Shown here one piece after another: positions 12,444 to 25,410 of a stretch of DNA of 64,000 nt. The notes below the pieces were generated by a model that saw only the letters and a program-made list of their open reading frames with translations, was not told where the DNA came from and did no database searches. A program made the position numbers and the translations under genes. How positions within the stretch are numbered: the first letter of the stretch is position 1; each line of letters starts with the position of its first letter. The DNA lies in assembly GCF_009914755.1 (NCBI RefSeq), contig NC_060933.1, one strand, 5' to 3'. The stretch comes from the human T2T-CHM13v2.0 reference genome, Homo sapiens.

Positions 12444-13610
12444 CAGGATACAAAATTAATGCAAAAATTAGTAGCATTTCTATATACCAATAACAAACTA
12501 TCTTAAAAAAATCAAAAAGTAATTTCATTTTTAGTAGCTACCAAAAAATAATATCTAGAAATTAAGCAAGAAAGTGAAAGTTCTCAACAATGAAAACTAC
12601 AAACACTGATGAAGGAGATTGAGGAGGATACAAAAAAAGTGAAAAAAAAATCTCATGTTCATGAATTGCAAGAATTAATATTATTACAATAACCATACTA
12701 TGCAAAGATATCTATAGGTTTTATGCAATCCCCATTAAAATACCACAGTATTCTTCACAGTAATTGAAACAATGATCCTAAAATTCATATGGAACCACAA
12801 AAGAGTCCAAATAGCCAAAGCAATCCTATGCAAAGAGAGCAAAGCTGGAGGCATCATACCATATGACTTCAATATATACTACAAAGCTATACTACAAAAA
12901 CAACATGGACCTGGCATAAAAACAGACACATAGACCAATGGAACAAAATAGAGACCCCAGAAGTGAACCCATGTATTTATAACCAACTGATTTTCAACCA
13001 AGGTGCTGAGAACATACATTGGGGAAAGGACAGCTTCTTTAATAAATGGTGCTAGGAAAACTATCCATATGCAAAAGAATGAAATTAGACTGCTCTCTCT
13101 TATCATATATAAAAATTAACTCAAAATGGGTTAAAGCCAGAAATGTAAGACCCAAAACTATAAAACTACTGAAAGAAAACAAAGGATATGCTTTAGTACA
13201 TTGTTCTGGGCAAAGATTTTATGAGTAAGATTCCAAAAGCACAAGAAATGAAAGCAAAAATAGACCAATGTGATTATACCAAACTAAAAAGCTTTTGCAT
13301 AGCAAAGGAAACAACAGTGAGGAGACAAGCTGTAGAATGGGAGATAATATTTGCAATATCTATCCAACAAGGGATTAGTATCCAAGAATATACAAGGAAC
13401 TTAAACATCTCAATGACAACAAAACAAATAATACAATTTTAAAATGAGGAAATGGTCTGAATAGACATTTCTCAAAAGAAGACATAAAAATGGCCAAGTA
13501 TATGAAAAAACATTCAGCATCAGTAATCATCAGGGAAATGCAAATCAAAACTAAAGTGAGATATCATCTCACCCTGGTTAGAATTGTTATTATCAAAAAG
13601 ATTAAAAATA

Positions 13611-13733
13611 AGATGAGTGTGGTGGCTTATGCCTGGAGTCTCAGACACTTGGGAGGCTGAGGCAGGAGAATTACATGAGTCCAGGAATTCGAGACCAGCC
13701 TGGGCAACATAGTGAGACCCCATCTCAAAAAAA
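13611..13733 (+). mobile_element. Alu monomer (FLAM_C-like) in L1 ORF2
   Basis: Single left-arm unit ending ccccatctcaaaaaaa; A-rich TSD aagattaaaaata / gagataaaaaaata. Confidence 0.8.
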
Positions 13734-14013
13734 GAGATAAAAAAAATAACCAATGCTGCTGAGGATATAGAGAAAAGGGAATTCTTATACACTGTTGATT
13801 GGAATGTAAATTAGAACAGCCATTATGGAAAACAGTATGGAGGTTCCTCAAAAAACTAAGAACTTTCAAATGATCCAGCAACCCCACTGTTGGATATTTA
13901 TCTAAAGGAAAAGAAACCTGCACTCCCATGTTTATTGCAGTACTATTCACAATGGCCACAATATGGAATCGATCTAAGTGACTATCGACAAATGAATGGA
14001 GAAAGAAAATGTG

Positions 14014-14040
<27 letters not shown>
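14014..14040. repeat. (TA)n microsatellite within L1
   Basis: Uninterrupted at run. Confidence 0.95.
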
Positions 14041-14046
<6 letters not shown>

Positions 14047-14566
14047 ATGGAATATTATTTGGCCATTAAAAAGAATGAGTTCATGTCATTTGCAGCAACC
14101 TGGATGGAACCAGAGGTTATTGTGTTAAGTAAGCCAGGCATAGAAAGACAATTATAGCATGATCTCACTTACATGTGGGAGCTAAGAAGGGTTGAGCTCA
14201 TAGAAGTAGAGAGTAGATCATAGTTATTAGAGGCTGGGAAGGGTAGTGGGGAGAGAAAATTGGGAGGGGGTCTAGTGAGAGGTTGGTTAATGGATACAAT
14301 ATTATAGCTAGATAGGAGGAATAAGTTCTAGTGTTCTATAGCACTGTAGGGTGACTACAGTTTATAATGTATACTTTCAAATAGAGAAGAGGATTTTGAA
14401 TGTTCCCAACACACAGAAATAATAAATGTTTCAGGTGAAGAATATGCTAATTTTCATAATTTGATAATTATACATTATATATGTATATCAATAAATCACT
14501 CTGTACCCCATAATATATACATACCCCATAAATATATATAATTATTGGCTGACAATTAAAAATAAA

Positions 14567-14737
14567 TATTTATCACTGGATTTAGGACCCACTGAGGTCA
14601 TCCAAGATGATCTCATCTCAAGATCCTTTAGTTAATCACATCTACAAAGGCCCTTTTTCCAAATAAGGCCATGTTCACAGGTTCTGAGGGTTAGAACTTA
14701 GGCATATCTTTTGGAAGCTACAATTTAATTCACTACA
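14567..14737 (-). mobile_element. MLT1C LTR, second part
   Basis: tggatttaggaccc...ccaaataaggccatgttcacaggttctgagg...cactaca continues the 7236-7571 piece. Confidence 0.85.
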
Positions 14738-15082
14738 CATCCATTAAAATAATCTGAGTCAATTTTCTTTTCTTCTGTGTTGCAAGGAGCAAAGAGAAAC
14801 CCCTACCCTGACATAGAGCCCACCTTCCCTTCGTCCCAGCTGTACATGAGCAGAAAAGCCATTGATAGCTTTTCTCCACATATGGTTGTCTGTACTGCTT
14901 AATCCCTTGGCTAAGGGGTAATTAGGAAGGGATACTTAAATCCAGCTTTCTCTCAGCAGGTCAAACCATATGTCTGGTCAGCACTGCATACACTGGAAAA
15001 AAATAAGCAATTTTTTTCTTCCCACAAAGATGCTGCTCACTTCCCATGCAGTGTGCCCACTCAAAGGGGGTTCCTTTTTCTG

Positions 15083-15100
15083 ATTTGCATAAAGACAATG
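15083..15100 (-). promoter_or_regulatory. Sox-Oct composite motif with 3-bp spacer
   Basis: Minus strand reads CATTGTC-TTT-ATGCAAAT. Confidence 0.4.
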
Positions 15101-15139
15101 TATAGGCTAGGAGAGACTCTCACCATCGACATTCATGAC

Positions 15140-15209
15140 CTCAACTGTGTTTGCCGGTGCCCAATTAGAGGTGATGGTATAAAGTACCTGCTAAAGTTGT
15201 TAGGACCAT
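15140..15209 (+). repeat. Copy 1 of a dispersed 56-70 bp direct repeat
   Basis: 47/56 ungapped identity to 16595-16650. Confidence 0.9.
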
Positions 15210-15844
15210 GCAAAATTTGCCAGATACTAAAAGAGATGGAGAAGGGACTGATAAAAAGCAGCGGTGACACAAGGAAGGAAACAAGGGGAACAGCAGGTAG
15301 TGAGTTAAAGGGAGTTTCTAGAAGCAGAGGGAGGGACGGAGTGGATGTAGAAGTCCACCAGACTTGGACAGCCTTATGTGAGCACACCCCCATGCTCACC
15401 AACCCCACCACAAGCAGCAAGGACTTGTCCCTTTTGTGATAGGAAGGAGCAATATAACCTAGGCTGAGACCTGTTCCCCAAACCCACCTAGCTCTGCCCC
15501 CTGCTCTGTAAGACATTGAAGGAACTATCAGAGCCCCCATAGTAAAGACCTGCTTGAATTTTCAGTGGGATCTAATATGCCTTTGCTGTACTGTGGTATC
15601 TCAGCCACATGGAGAAGGGCAGCTGGATCCTCACTGGAACCAGCTATGTCTCCAGCAACAGACACCCACAGGTAATGACCCACCTGGAGGAAGACCCAAT
15701 CCCCCAAGACGACCTGCCAGAGACAGGCCAGACATCCATCTTGTAGAAGAAGAGGATGAGAAAAAGCTAGCCATGCCCTCCACTGACACTGAAATCCCTT
15801 AGGTATGTACAACCCCAAAAGCCCTTCTATATCCACAATTTTGT

Positions 15845-15920
15845 TGAATTCTTACAACAATATCCCATGACAAGCCCATTTTACAAACCTAGAAACTGAG
15901 TTTCACAGAGGTGAAGGTCT
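15845..15920 (-). mobile_element. MIR fragment
   Basis: cccattttacaaacctagaaactgagtttcacagaggtgaag. Confidence 0.6.
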
Positions 15921-16594
15921 TGCTGTGATACGGGACTCTCTACTCATGGTCGCTTTTTGCCATTCAAAGTGGTGGATTTTAGTTTTGCTTTTTCCATGTG
16001 AGACATACTGGGAATCTGAAGGCTGGGTTGTCATCTAGACTTCCTCGTGCTGGAATCTCAGGCGTGCCACTTTACCCCAAAGTGGTGTTTTTTCTGTAAA
16101 TAAAAAAGAATAATAATTATCTTCCCCATGATGTCACTGTGGAACAGTCAATAAAAATTATTAAAAAGCAGTTGCCAACAATTGAAGTCAAACACATAAT
16201 AGGAGAGTAAATTGCTGTGTTCTACTAGCTTCTGCGGGAATTTAGATATAATTTTTTTAAAAAGACCAATCCCTGGATATCTATGCAAGTTAGAGGGAGT
16301 CATTAGTAGGATGGAAAGAAAAGTTGTTTTATTTTCTTGGTAGTTTTATTAATAAGAAAAAGAGTAGATGTGTATTGTTTCTCAAAAAAAATGAGATTTT
16401 CAGGAGCATATGGCAAATTAATCATTAAGACTCTCTTATGGCTCAGACCCACTTAATATGTTCTCTGTGGTGTGTGTACAACAAACCTGCAAAATTACAT
16501 TACAGTGACTACTAAATGATTCACCAGGGTCACTTCCCCAGTAGATTTAGAATCTGGTGCTTATTCATGCTTTTCCCTCGGTAAGCTTTATTAT

Positions 16595-16665
16595 CTCAAT
16601 TGTGTTTGCCAGTGGCTAATTAGAGGTGATGGTACAAGCTAATTGCTAAAATTTTTCAGAACCAT
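16595..16665 (+). repeat. Copy 2 of a dispersed 56-70 bp direct repeat
   Basis: Shares the identical 17-mer aattagaggtgatggta with copy 1. Confidence 0.9.
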
Positions 16666-17670
16666 CAAAGTATTTATTTTGAGAGCAGGGGAAAATTACA
16701 GTTCCATCTTTGGCAGCAGAAGGGATGCATTGTGATTTTAACAAATGGTGTGTCTGCTGGTCCTTAAGAGTTCAGTAGCAGTTTAATATGCAAAGTGATT
16801 GGGTGACAGTGTGAACCTGGAGCTGAGATGCTACTATTGCTCCCAGTACCCAGGAGTACTCTGGCTACAGCTGGGCTCATGCTTCATGGCTTGAAATTCC
16901 CACAGCCTGGGTTTGGTCTATAAAGACTCTCCCCCTCCCCCACCCCTTTTGCAGCTCTTAACCATAGCAAGATTGGGAAAACTGTGGGGGTGACAAATTG
17001 AATCAGGCTCACAAGGGATGTCAGGGGAGGCCAGAGCAGATAAGCTCCAGGTGATAAGCAAAAGTGCAGTCTGATAGGGAAACGGCAGACTTCAAAGAGC
17101 AGAGGAAAATTGTTTGCCAGTAGGGCACAAAGACACGGATCAGGGAGAAGCAATGCTTAGTAACTCAGGCTGGCAGCCCTGAGAAGTCTGACAACCAATA
17201 GCCAAGTCATGAACCCTAGAATGAGGTCAGGAAGGAGACTGGCCCCTAGGGAGAAAGAAGGTGAAAGCCAGAGAAAGAGAAGAATCAAGGCTGGGTCTCA
17301 AACACAAAGCCTAGAGGCAAGAAGGATAAGGCTGAGTCCCAGAGAACAGGGGTTAGATAACTCACTTTTGATCCTGGGAGTGATGTTGGTTCTCTCAGAA
17401 ATCAATTATTGGCCCCAGCTCATCAGACAGCTACAACACTTTCACCTTCATGATACTTTGAGATCAAGCAGCACCCAACTCACCTAGTATTCATTTCCGC
17501 TTCTCGTGTGCCTTCCCATCGTGTGTGTGTTGGGGGGCGGGGCAGGGGGCAGAGGGCGGGTGTTAGTGGGAGCTGGAAAGGGGAATTACAATTTCTTGGC
17601 TTACTTGTGGCTAGAGTTTGCCATGCAAATTAAATGCACTCATGCCAGATCTGAATGTGGGAAGTGGAGA

Positions 17671-17706
17671 CCATTTCCCTGTTTTTTACCATTTCTCCAG
17701 GTAAGA
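17671..17706 (+). other. Juxtaposed 3' and 5' splice-site motif (polypyrimidine-CAG|GTAAGA)
   Basis: ccatttccctgttttttaccatttctccag|gtaaga, AG at 17699-17700. Confidence 0.4.
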
Positions 17707-17727
17707 AAAGTCATGAGGATATAGGGC

Positions 17728-17960
17728 TGTGGCAGCCATGACAATGCACCTCTCACTTCTGCACTGCAAGGACTGGGGTTGACAACAGTCTTGCTACTGC
17801 AGTCTGAAATCCATGCTCACATTTACTGCACCACAGCCATGCTTCTCACAGACTGATTCCAGCCAGTGACTATGCATGGCAGAGAGACATGAGCTCCTTG
17901 GATGGGTGACTTTGGCTCAAGGATTCTCCATATGCTTTGCTGGACATTTCTAAGGTCTTC
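17728..17960 (+). mobile_element. LTR16A-like ERVL LTR fragment
   Basis: tgtggcagccatg start; ccagccagtgact; gatgggtgactttggctcaagga. Confidence 0.65.
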
Positions 17961-18164
17961 TGTCTTGCAGATTGGATTCTCCGGCATCAGTAGAAAGAAT
18001 CTAATAGAACATTGTCTTTTGCTCTCTGGTACTTGCCAATGTGAACCTCTTGAGGGAAGGCATAGTGGCCTCCTCATTTTGTGCCTTACAAACCCTGAAA
18101 AAGACAAAAAGGTTAAAGACTCTAACATCTATTTTATTCACGTATTGTTTGTTTTTGAATGAGT

Positions 18165-18370
18165 AGTGATGATAGCCATTACTAGCTGAATACCTAATCC
18201 ATATGCCAAACATTTTACATTATGCCCTACTAAATGTATTAGCTCATTTTATTCAATTCTCACAACAAAGCAGGTCTTATTATTAGCCCCATTTTGCAAA
18301 CGAGGACATTGAAGCTTAAAGAGATCATGCAATTTTTCCCAAAGTCACATGGCTAGTAAAGGACAGGCTC
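18165..18370 (-). mobile_element. MIR SINE
   Basis: ttctcacaac...ccccattttgcaaacgaggacattgaagct...cccaaagtcacatggctagtaa. Confidence 0.75.
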
Positions 18371-18565
18371 TCTTGCCTGATTTTCGTACAAACATCACAT
18401 GCCAGGTGCCAAGCTAGGATCTACCTAGAATTTATTTCACATATTTCTTACTATAAAGGTAACACCAGCACCAGAAGTACAGCAGGATCAGGCTTGGCTT
18501 AGATGGATCTGATTAAGAAAGCTTCATTGCTGGGTTCCTTTTCAATGTCGTCATATCTATAATAA

Positions 18566-18722
18566 TAGAGATTGCCAGATAAAATACAGGACACCCAATT
18601 AAATTTGAATTTCAGATAAATAATGAATAATCTGTTAGTATAAGTACGCCTTCAGCAGCATTTGGGACATACTGATTTACTTGAGTGTCTTGTATTTTCA
18701 TTTCCTAAATTTAGCAACCCTA
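18566..18722 (+). mobile_element. MER53 hAT MITE, internally deleted
   Basis: tagagattgccagataaaatacaggacaccc...aaatttagcaacccta inverted ends. Confidence 0.85.
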
Positions 18723-18809
18723 AAAACAATTAAGAAGCTGCTCCCAGAGATCAGGGGGCATGTTGTTCAAAGCCATAATGCAAAAAGCCAAGCAGTCTTA
18801 GAAGAAAGA

Positions 18810-19058
18810 TAATAATAACAATAACAACAACTGCTAATTTATTGAGTACCCTTTTATGTGCTAGGCACTGTTCTAAGGTCTTTTATGTAATAATTCACCC
18901 TAACCTTACAACAAGCCGGTGGAATAGGCATTCCTGTTCTTCCTATCTTGCAGACCAACTGAGCCAGAGAAACTTGCCCGAGGACAGCCAGCCAGCAAGC
19001 AGCCAGGTTGAGATTCAAACCATGACTGTCATTTCTAGATACTACATGTTTAACCACT
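18810..19058 (-). mobile_element. MIR SINE
   Basis: gctaatttattgagtacc...tgtgctaggcactgttctaag...acttgcccgagg...tttaaccacta. Confidence 0.8.
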
Positions 19059-19519
19059 AACCTCATAAAGAGTAAGGCTCAATTTGCCAAATTATAAAGC
19101 GAATATTCAACTCAGGTTTACACAAATTCTATAGACTCTCTCTTCATTTGTTCTTTCTCATTTACCAAAAATCTAGAACCCATTTTTCTCCTTATAGGTA
19201 TCATACCCTCGTAGGGCAGTGATCTAACCAGACACTATCTTTTTAAAATACAATTTTCCTGTTTAAAAATTATTATATGTTAAAGTTTTCTAAATTTTGG
19301 AATACAAAAAAGAATACAGAAAACTACAGAAAGTATACAGAAACTTAAAATTACCTTAATTTCCTTTGTTAACGTTCTGTATAGCTTTTCAGTCTTCCTA
19401 TGAACGCATATTATTTGCTTTTTTAGACAAAATATGAATCATACTATACATACTGTTTTGTGGCTTCCATTAACAATATGCTCTGAACATCTTTCCTTTT
19501 TATAAATTGTCAAAATTGA

Positions 19520-19884
19520 TGCTATGAACTGAATTGCATCCCCCACAAATTTCATATGTTGAATCTCTAACCCACGATGTGACTGTATTTGGAGAAAGGA
19601 AGTAATTAAGGTTAAATGAGTTCATACAGGAGGGGCTCTGATTCCAAAGAATTCATGTCTTTATAAGAAGAGACACCAGACAGCTCACTCACTTTTTCTG
19701 CCATGTGAGGGTATAGCAAGGAGATGGCCATCTGCCACCCAGGAAGAGAGCTCTCACTAGATGTCAACGTTGCCATGCATTGATCTGGGACTTCCAGCCT
19801 CCAGAACTAAGAGAAGATAAATCTCTGTTGTTTAAGCCACCCAGTCTGTGGTACTTTATTATGTAAGCCTAAGCAGACTAATAG
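19520..19884 (+). mobile_element. MLT1A/MLT1A0 solo LTR
   Basis: tgctatgaactgaattg...ggacttccagcctccagaact...tttaagccacccagtctgtggta...gcagactaata. Confidence 0.88.
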
Positions 19885-19945
19885 TTTTTCAGGACTATAA
19901 TACTCCATTGGATGGATACGCCAAAATTTATTCAACAAATTCCCT

Positions 19946-20356
19946 TGATAGGGCTTGCATCTGTGTCCCTACCCAAACCTCGTATTGAATTGTAATCCCC
20001 AATGTTGGAGGTGAGGCCTGGTGGAAGGTAATTGGACCATGGGGGTGGTTTCTCATTAATTGTTTAGCACTATCCCCTTGGCGCTGTTCTCATGATAATG
20101 AGCTCTCGTGAGATCTGGTTGTTTAAAAGTATGTAGCACTTCGCTCTGCTTTCTTTTCCTCCTGTTCCAGCCATGTGAAGTGCTGGCTCCTTCTTCGTCT
20201 TCTGCCGTGATTGTAAGCTTCCTAAGGCCTCCCTAGATGCCAAGTAGATGCCAGCATCATGCTTCCCATACAGCCTACAGAACTGTGAGCCAATTAAACC
20301 TCTTTTCTTTATAAATTGCCCAGTCTCAGGTATTACTTTATAGCAGTGTGGGAATA
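19946..20356 (+). mobile_element. MSTA solo LTR
   Basis: tgtaatccccaatgttggaggtgaggcctggtgg...gagccaattaaacctcttttctttataaattgcccagtctcagg. Confidence 0.9.
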
Positions 20357-20470
20357 TCCTCATTGCTAATTCTATAAATTGCATTCAAATTTGTACTTTC
20401 AGAAGTAACACCTATAAGTAAACTTTCCCAGCCCTAACTTAGGATAGATTTTTAGAGACAGAGTCACTGG

Positions 20471-20580
20471 TAGAGTGACCGATTGTCTCAGTTTGCATGA
20501 ACTATCCTGGTTTTTGCACTGAAAGTCCCATGCCTTGGAAAACTCCCCCAGTTTTGGCAAACCAGGACAGCTAGCCACTG
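20471..20580 (+). mobile_element. MER81 MITE
   Basis: tagagtgacc...gcactgaaagtccc...ggcaaaccaggacag. Confidence 0.75.
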
Positions 20581-21499
20581 GATTTCTAGGTCAAAGACAA
20601 TGCACTTTCTAGGGCTTTGTTACACATACTGCTGGATCACTCTCAAAATGGGTGCTAATTTCCATACCCACCATGTAAGAGGTTTCTCTTCAGAGGTATA
20701 GTACCTTATCTGTAATTTACATGAACATACTTTAGCATAGATAGTGAGATATAGGAGGTGTAAATTAAAAGTAATCTATACCCTAGAAAGATCTAATTAA
20801 TATGTGAAGTACCCTAATCAGGAATCCACATTCTAGAGGTGGCTGGTTAGCATTTGAAAGACCCTAATCAGGAGCCCCTACTCCAACTCCAGCGCCTGCC
20901 ACAGGCACTCAGACAAGTGCTTGCTTTAAATGCCATTATGTGAAGCTGCATATTGAGCTTGTTAATTAGCATAAGGGATATTAGAAATAATGTTTCATTG
21001 GTGAAATATGAGCTATTCAGAAAAACATTCTGCCTTGCATCAACAGAAGATTTTGAAAAATCTGGTATCAAAAACCAGCAGCCAAACACTTTTGGAGTAA
21101 CACTTCAGTTGTGGAACTTTGTTTGATCCCATCACCCCTACATTTATCAGAGGATTAAAAAGGTTTGGAATTGGGGGAGTTATAATTTGGGGGTTACCAC
21201 GATGACTAGAGGAGTGGGAGGAGGATGGATAGCAGAATTCAGTGCCTGGGTGGAGGCAAAATGTTCTACAATGCCCATGCCCAGACCACCCAAAATGCCA
21301 TGGACACTGGAAGAGTTTCCAGCTAATGTTCAGAATCTTGTGGCATTTTTGCCTCAAAATTATCCTTCCAGGTTGGAGAACCCCAAGAACAGAGGTTCCA
21401 CACTTAAGTGGTTTTAGAAGAGAAAGCAACTGGTCTTTTTGTGTTTTTGTTGTTTTACTGTATTGGGGACTTTTGTTTATTTATTATTTTTGTTGTTAC

Positions 21500-21810
21500 A
21501 TGTGGCTAGGAGTTCAAAGGTCTGAGAACCAGGCACTCCAATGTCGAGGGCAGGAGAAGACAGACGTCCTAGCTTAAGAAGAGAGAAGGAGAAATTGCCC
21601 TTCCTCTGCTTTTTTGTTATATTTGTGCCCTCAAGGAACTAGATGATTCCCACCCACATTAATTAAGACGATCTTCTTTCTTCTGTCTATGTATTCAAAT
21701 GCTAATCTCTTCTGGAAACACCCTCATAGACACACTCAAAAATAACCTTTTCCCAGCTATCTGGCCATCCCTTAGCCCAGTCAAGTTGACACATGAAATT
21801 AAGCATCACA
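21500..21810 (-). mobile_element. MLT2 (ERVL) LTR, partial
   Basis: aaatgctaatctcttctggaaacaccctcatagacac...cccagtcaagttgacacatgaaattaagcatcaca. Confidence 0.85.
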
Positions 21811-22149
21811 TCATCCCACAAGGAGACCCACTGAGGACTTCTGCAGGCTGAGATGGGGGTGAAAGGAGCAGACTTGGGTTCATGGCTTTAAAGGAGGTCT
21901 GAGATGAGGGGATGTAAACTGGGATTGGGAGGTTCAGGGAAAGAAAGGGAGTCAGCATTAGGAGATTGCCAGGTACCCCTGGTGGCCGGGGACTGAGAAT
22001 CTCCAGGGAGCTGAACCAGCCCCTGCCAACCCTCGGGGGTGGGGGGGGAAGGAGCACCTCATGCCACAAAGGTGGAAGGGCCACAGGAGCTTCTCCTTCC
22101 TATGCTCTTACATCCCAGTTGCCTGCAACCGTCAATGCATCGCCTATCA

Positions 22150-22541
22150 CAATGGTCCTTCATCAGTTGCATATCAGAATCACTTGGAAATGTTTAAGAT
22201 ACAAGTACTCAGGCATAGATTCTGATTTAATTCGTCTGGGATTGGTCTAAGCATCTTTTTTTAATGTTCCCCTGGTAATTCTAATGGACTGCCATGTGCT
22301 AAGATAACCATAATTTTCTTTAGACCACCTCAGCACAGACTATATGGTGTTACTATGTTATAGGATTAAGCTGGTGGTTCTTGACCTGGGCTGTATGCTG
22401 AAGTCACCTAGGGAGCTTAAAAAAAATACCAATGCCTGGGTTCCACCGTCAGAGATTTCAGTGTACTTGGTTTGCAGGTGCATCGATTGTTTTAAAAGTT
22501 CTTCTAGTGACTCCAATAGAGATCAAGAATGAGGCCCACTG
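22150..22541 (+). mobile_element. Two adjacent MER5-family MITEs (~22150-22310 and ~22372-22541)
   Basis: Both carry gaatcac(c/t)tgg / gaagtcacctagg and gattctgatt / gatttcagtg cores with CAGTG-like ends. Confidence 0.7.
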
Positions 22542-23035
22542 GATCAAGTTCTAGCTCAGAAACCATAGTATATTTAAGTGTGCAAAGTTTGGGGGTGGTC
22601 AGGTGAATTCTAATCTAGACACTCATTCTTCAAGAGAAATCTATACATTCTTCTACTATCCTATCTCAGTCAAAAAACAAATGCTTTGCAAATTAGCATA
22701 CTGGACATTAAACATGGGTTTTTATTAAATTGCATGATGAATATGATGAGCAGGCTGTCCACTGGTGAAATCGCAGTTAGATGATATATATGTATTGGCT
22801 AACAATATTTTAGAGACACTTTCTACCTTTGCATAAATAGGGTATGGAAATTCAGTGAGGCCCGTATCCTTTAATATTAGGGATATTATTTTAGAAATAT
22901 TACACTGAAACTATATTGGAGATATATTGCCCTAAGTGAAATCTCTAAGTGGTTCCATGTTCAGCTGTGAATTCTCAAAGGTGTTGGTTGCCTAATGCCA
23001 TCTCTCGGGGTGACAGGAACTTTGGCCTTCACCAC

Positions 23036-23784
<749 letters not shown>

Positions 23785-24468
23785 ACCACAAATGAACCTT
23801 TGATGCAAAGTGCTAAGTTGAGCACCTGGGAGCAAACTTCCTCAGGTATAGAACAGGTCATGAGAATCCTTTCGTGATGACTTGCTAACAAGCATTTAGT
23901 TAGTAAATGTTTGTACACCTAGCAGAACTGTACCTGAGACTTGGTTTAATTAAAATGTGTTAGTAAGGATGTAAAAGCATGTGACTCTCACCCACCCCAC
24001 ACTAGAGCAGCCCCTGATGGCTGTCAGCATACAGCTGGCCTGGCTCTAATAGCAAACTCATGGTGTTCTCTTCTAGAACATATGCAAAGCCTCTCTCATT
24101 GTTACAGAACAAGACGTAAAACACGACCACTCTGGAATCATGTCCCAGCAGAAGGATAAAACCACCAGCCAAACCATGAATATGGTCAAACACCTTCTAC
24201 CAACTACTAGAGTGGCTGGTGCTTCTTTACCTCTTCTAGATTTGGCTCTACTCTGTTCCTCCCACCTCCTAAATAATTATCTAGGAACTATGCAATCACA
24301 GAATAGCCTTGCTTCTGACAGCACCCAATCCAGAGCAAAATCATATTCCCTTGAACTCTCCCCTAACACAAGCCTAAATTCTATAAAAAGCCCCTTCCAT
24401 AACTCCCTTACTGAGATAGACCAAGGTTCTCCATTTTGTTTTGTCTCTCTTGTTACAATTACCTATTC

Positions 24469-25410
24469 ATATTAGTGTTCTATTATATGTTAGTACATAA
24501 CAAATTATTCGAAATTTAGATGCTTAAAAACAATACAAATTTATTATTTCAAATTTTCCATGGGGCAAAAGGCTGGGCTTGGGTAGCTGGATCCTCTCCC
24601 TAGACTCTTACAAGGCTAAAATCAAAACGTCAGCTAGGGCTACGTTCTCATCTGCAGCTTGGGGTTCTCTTCCAAGCTAATTCAGGTTGTTGGCAGAATT
24701 CAGTTCCTTGTGGGTATAGGACTGATAAGGTTTGGCTGTGTCCCCACCCAAATCTCATCTTGAATTGTAGTTCCCATAATCCCCACATGTTGTGGGAGGG
24801 ACCTGGTGGGAGGTAACTGAATCATGGGAGTGATGGTTTTATAAGGGGCTTCCCCTTTCACTCGGTTCTCATTCTTCTCCTTGCTGCCTCCCTGTGAAGA
24901 AGGATGTGTTTGCTTCCCCTTCCACCATGATTGTAAGTTTCCTGAGGCCTCCCCAGCCATGCTGAACTATGAGTCAATTAAGCCTCTTTCCTTTGTAAAT
25001 TACCCAGTCTCAGGTATGTCTTTATTAGCAGCATGCAAATGGACTAATGCAAAGACCGAGGTCCTATCTTCTTACTGGCTGTTGGCCAGAGGTTGCTTTC
25101 TGCTCCTAAAGGCCACCCTCACGTCTTAGCCCCATAAGCCCCCTCCATAGGCAATTAACAACTTGCTGTTTGCTTTCTTCCAAGCTGCCAAGATGATCTC
25201 TGTGAGATTTCATCTTCTTTTAAGAGCTCACCTGATTAGGTCAGGCCCACTCTATTTAATCTACTTTTGATTGTAGTAACGTAATCATGGGAATGATATT
25301 CCAATGTATTCACAGGTCCCACTCAGATTCAATTTAGACTCAAGGTGAGAAAATTATACAAAGCATGTTCACCAGGGAGCAGGTATCTTCAGGGCTATCT
25401 GCCTACCACA
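24469..25410 (-). mobile_element. MLT1E-like LTR split by THE1C
   Basis: gttggcagaattcagttccttg...[THE1]...gaccgaggtcc...cacctgattaggtcaggcccac...ctgcctaccaca. Confidence 0.8.
24723..25051 (+). mobile_element. THE1C solo LTR with internal deletion
   Basis: tgataaggtttggctgtgtccccacccaaatctc...ggactaatgca; TSD aggac / aagac. Confidence 0.9.

Larger units (their letters stand above)
19240..20690 (-). mobile_element. Old L1 (L1ME-type) 3' fragments interleaved with MLT1A, MSTA and MER81
   Basis: atgaatcatactatacatactgttttgtgg; ataatactccattggatggatacgccaaaatttattcaac; ttctaggtcaaag. Confidence 0.55.

Noticed and set aside
15053-15836. Overlapping 128-, 135-, 102- and 82-aa ORFs in unique DNA
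   Set aside because: No recognisable domain, overlapping on both strands, and lengths expected by chance.
21180-21320. Possible MER20-like element
   Set aside because: Only faint similarity and termini not identifiable.
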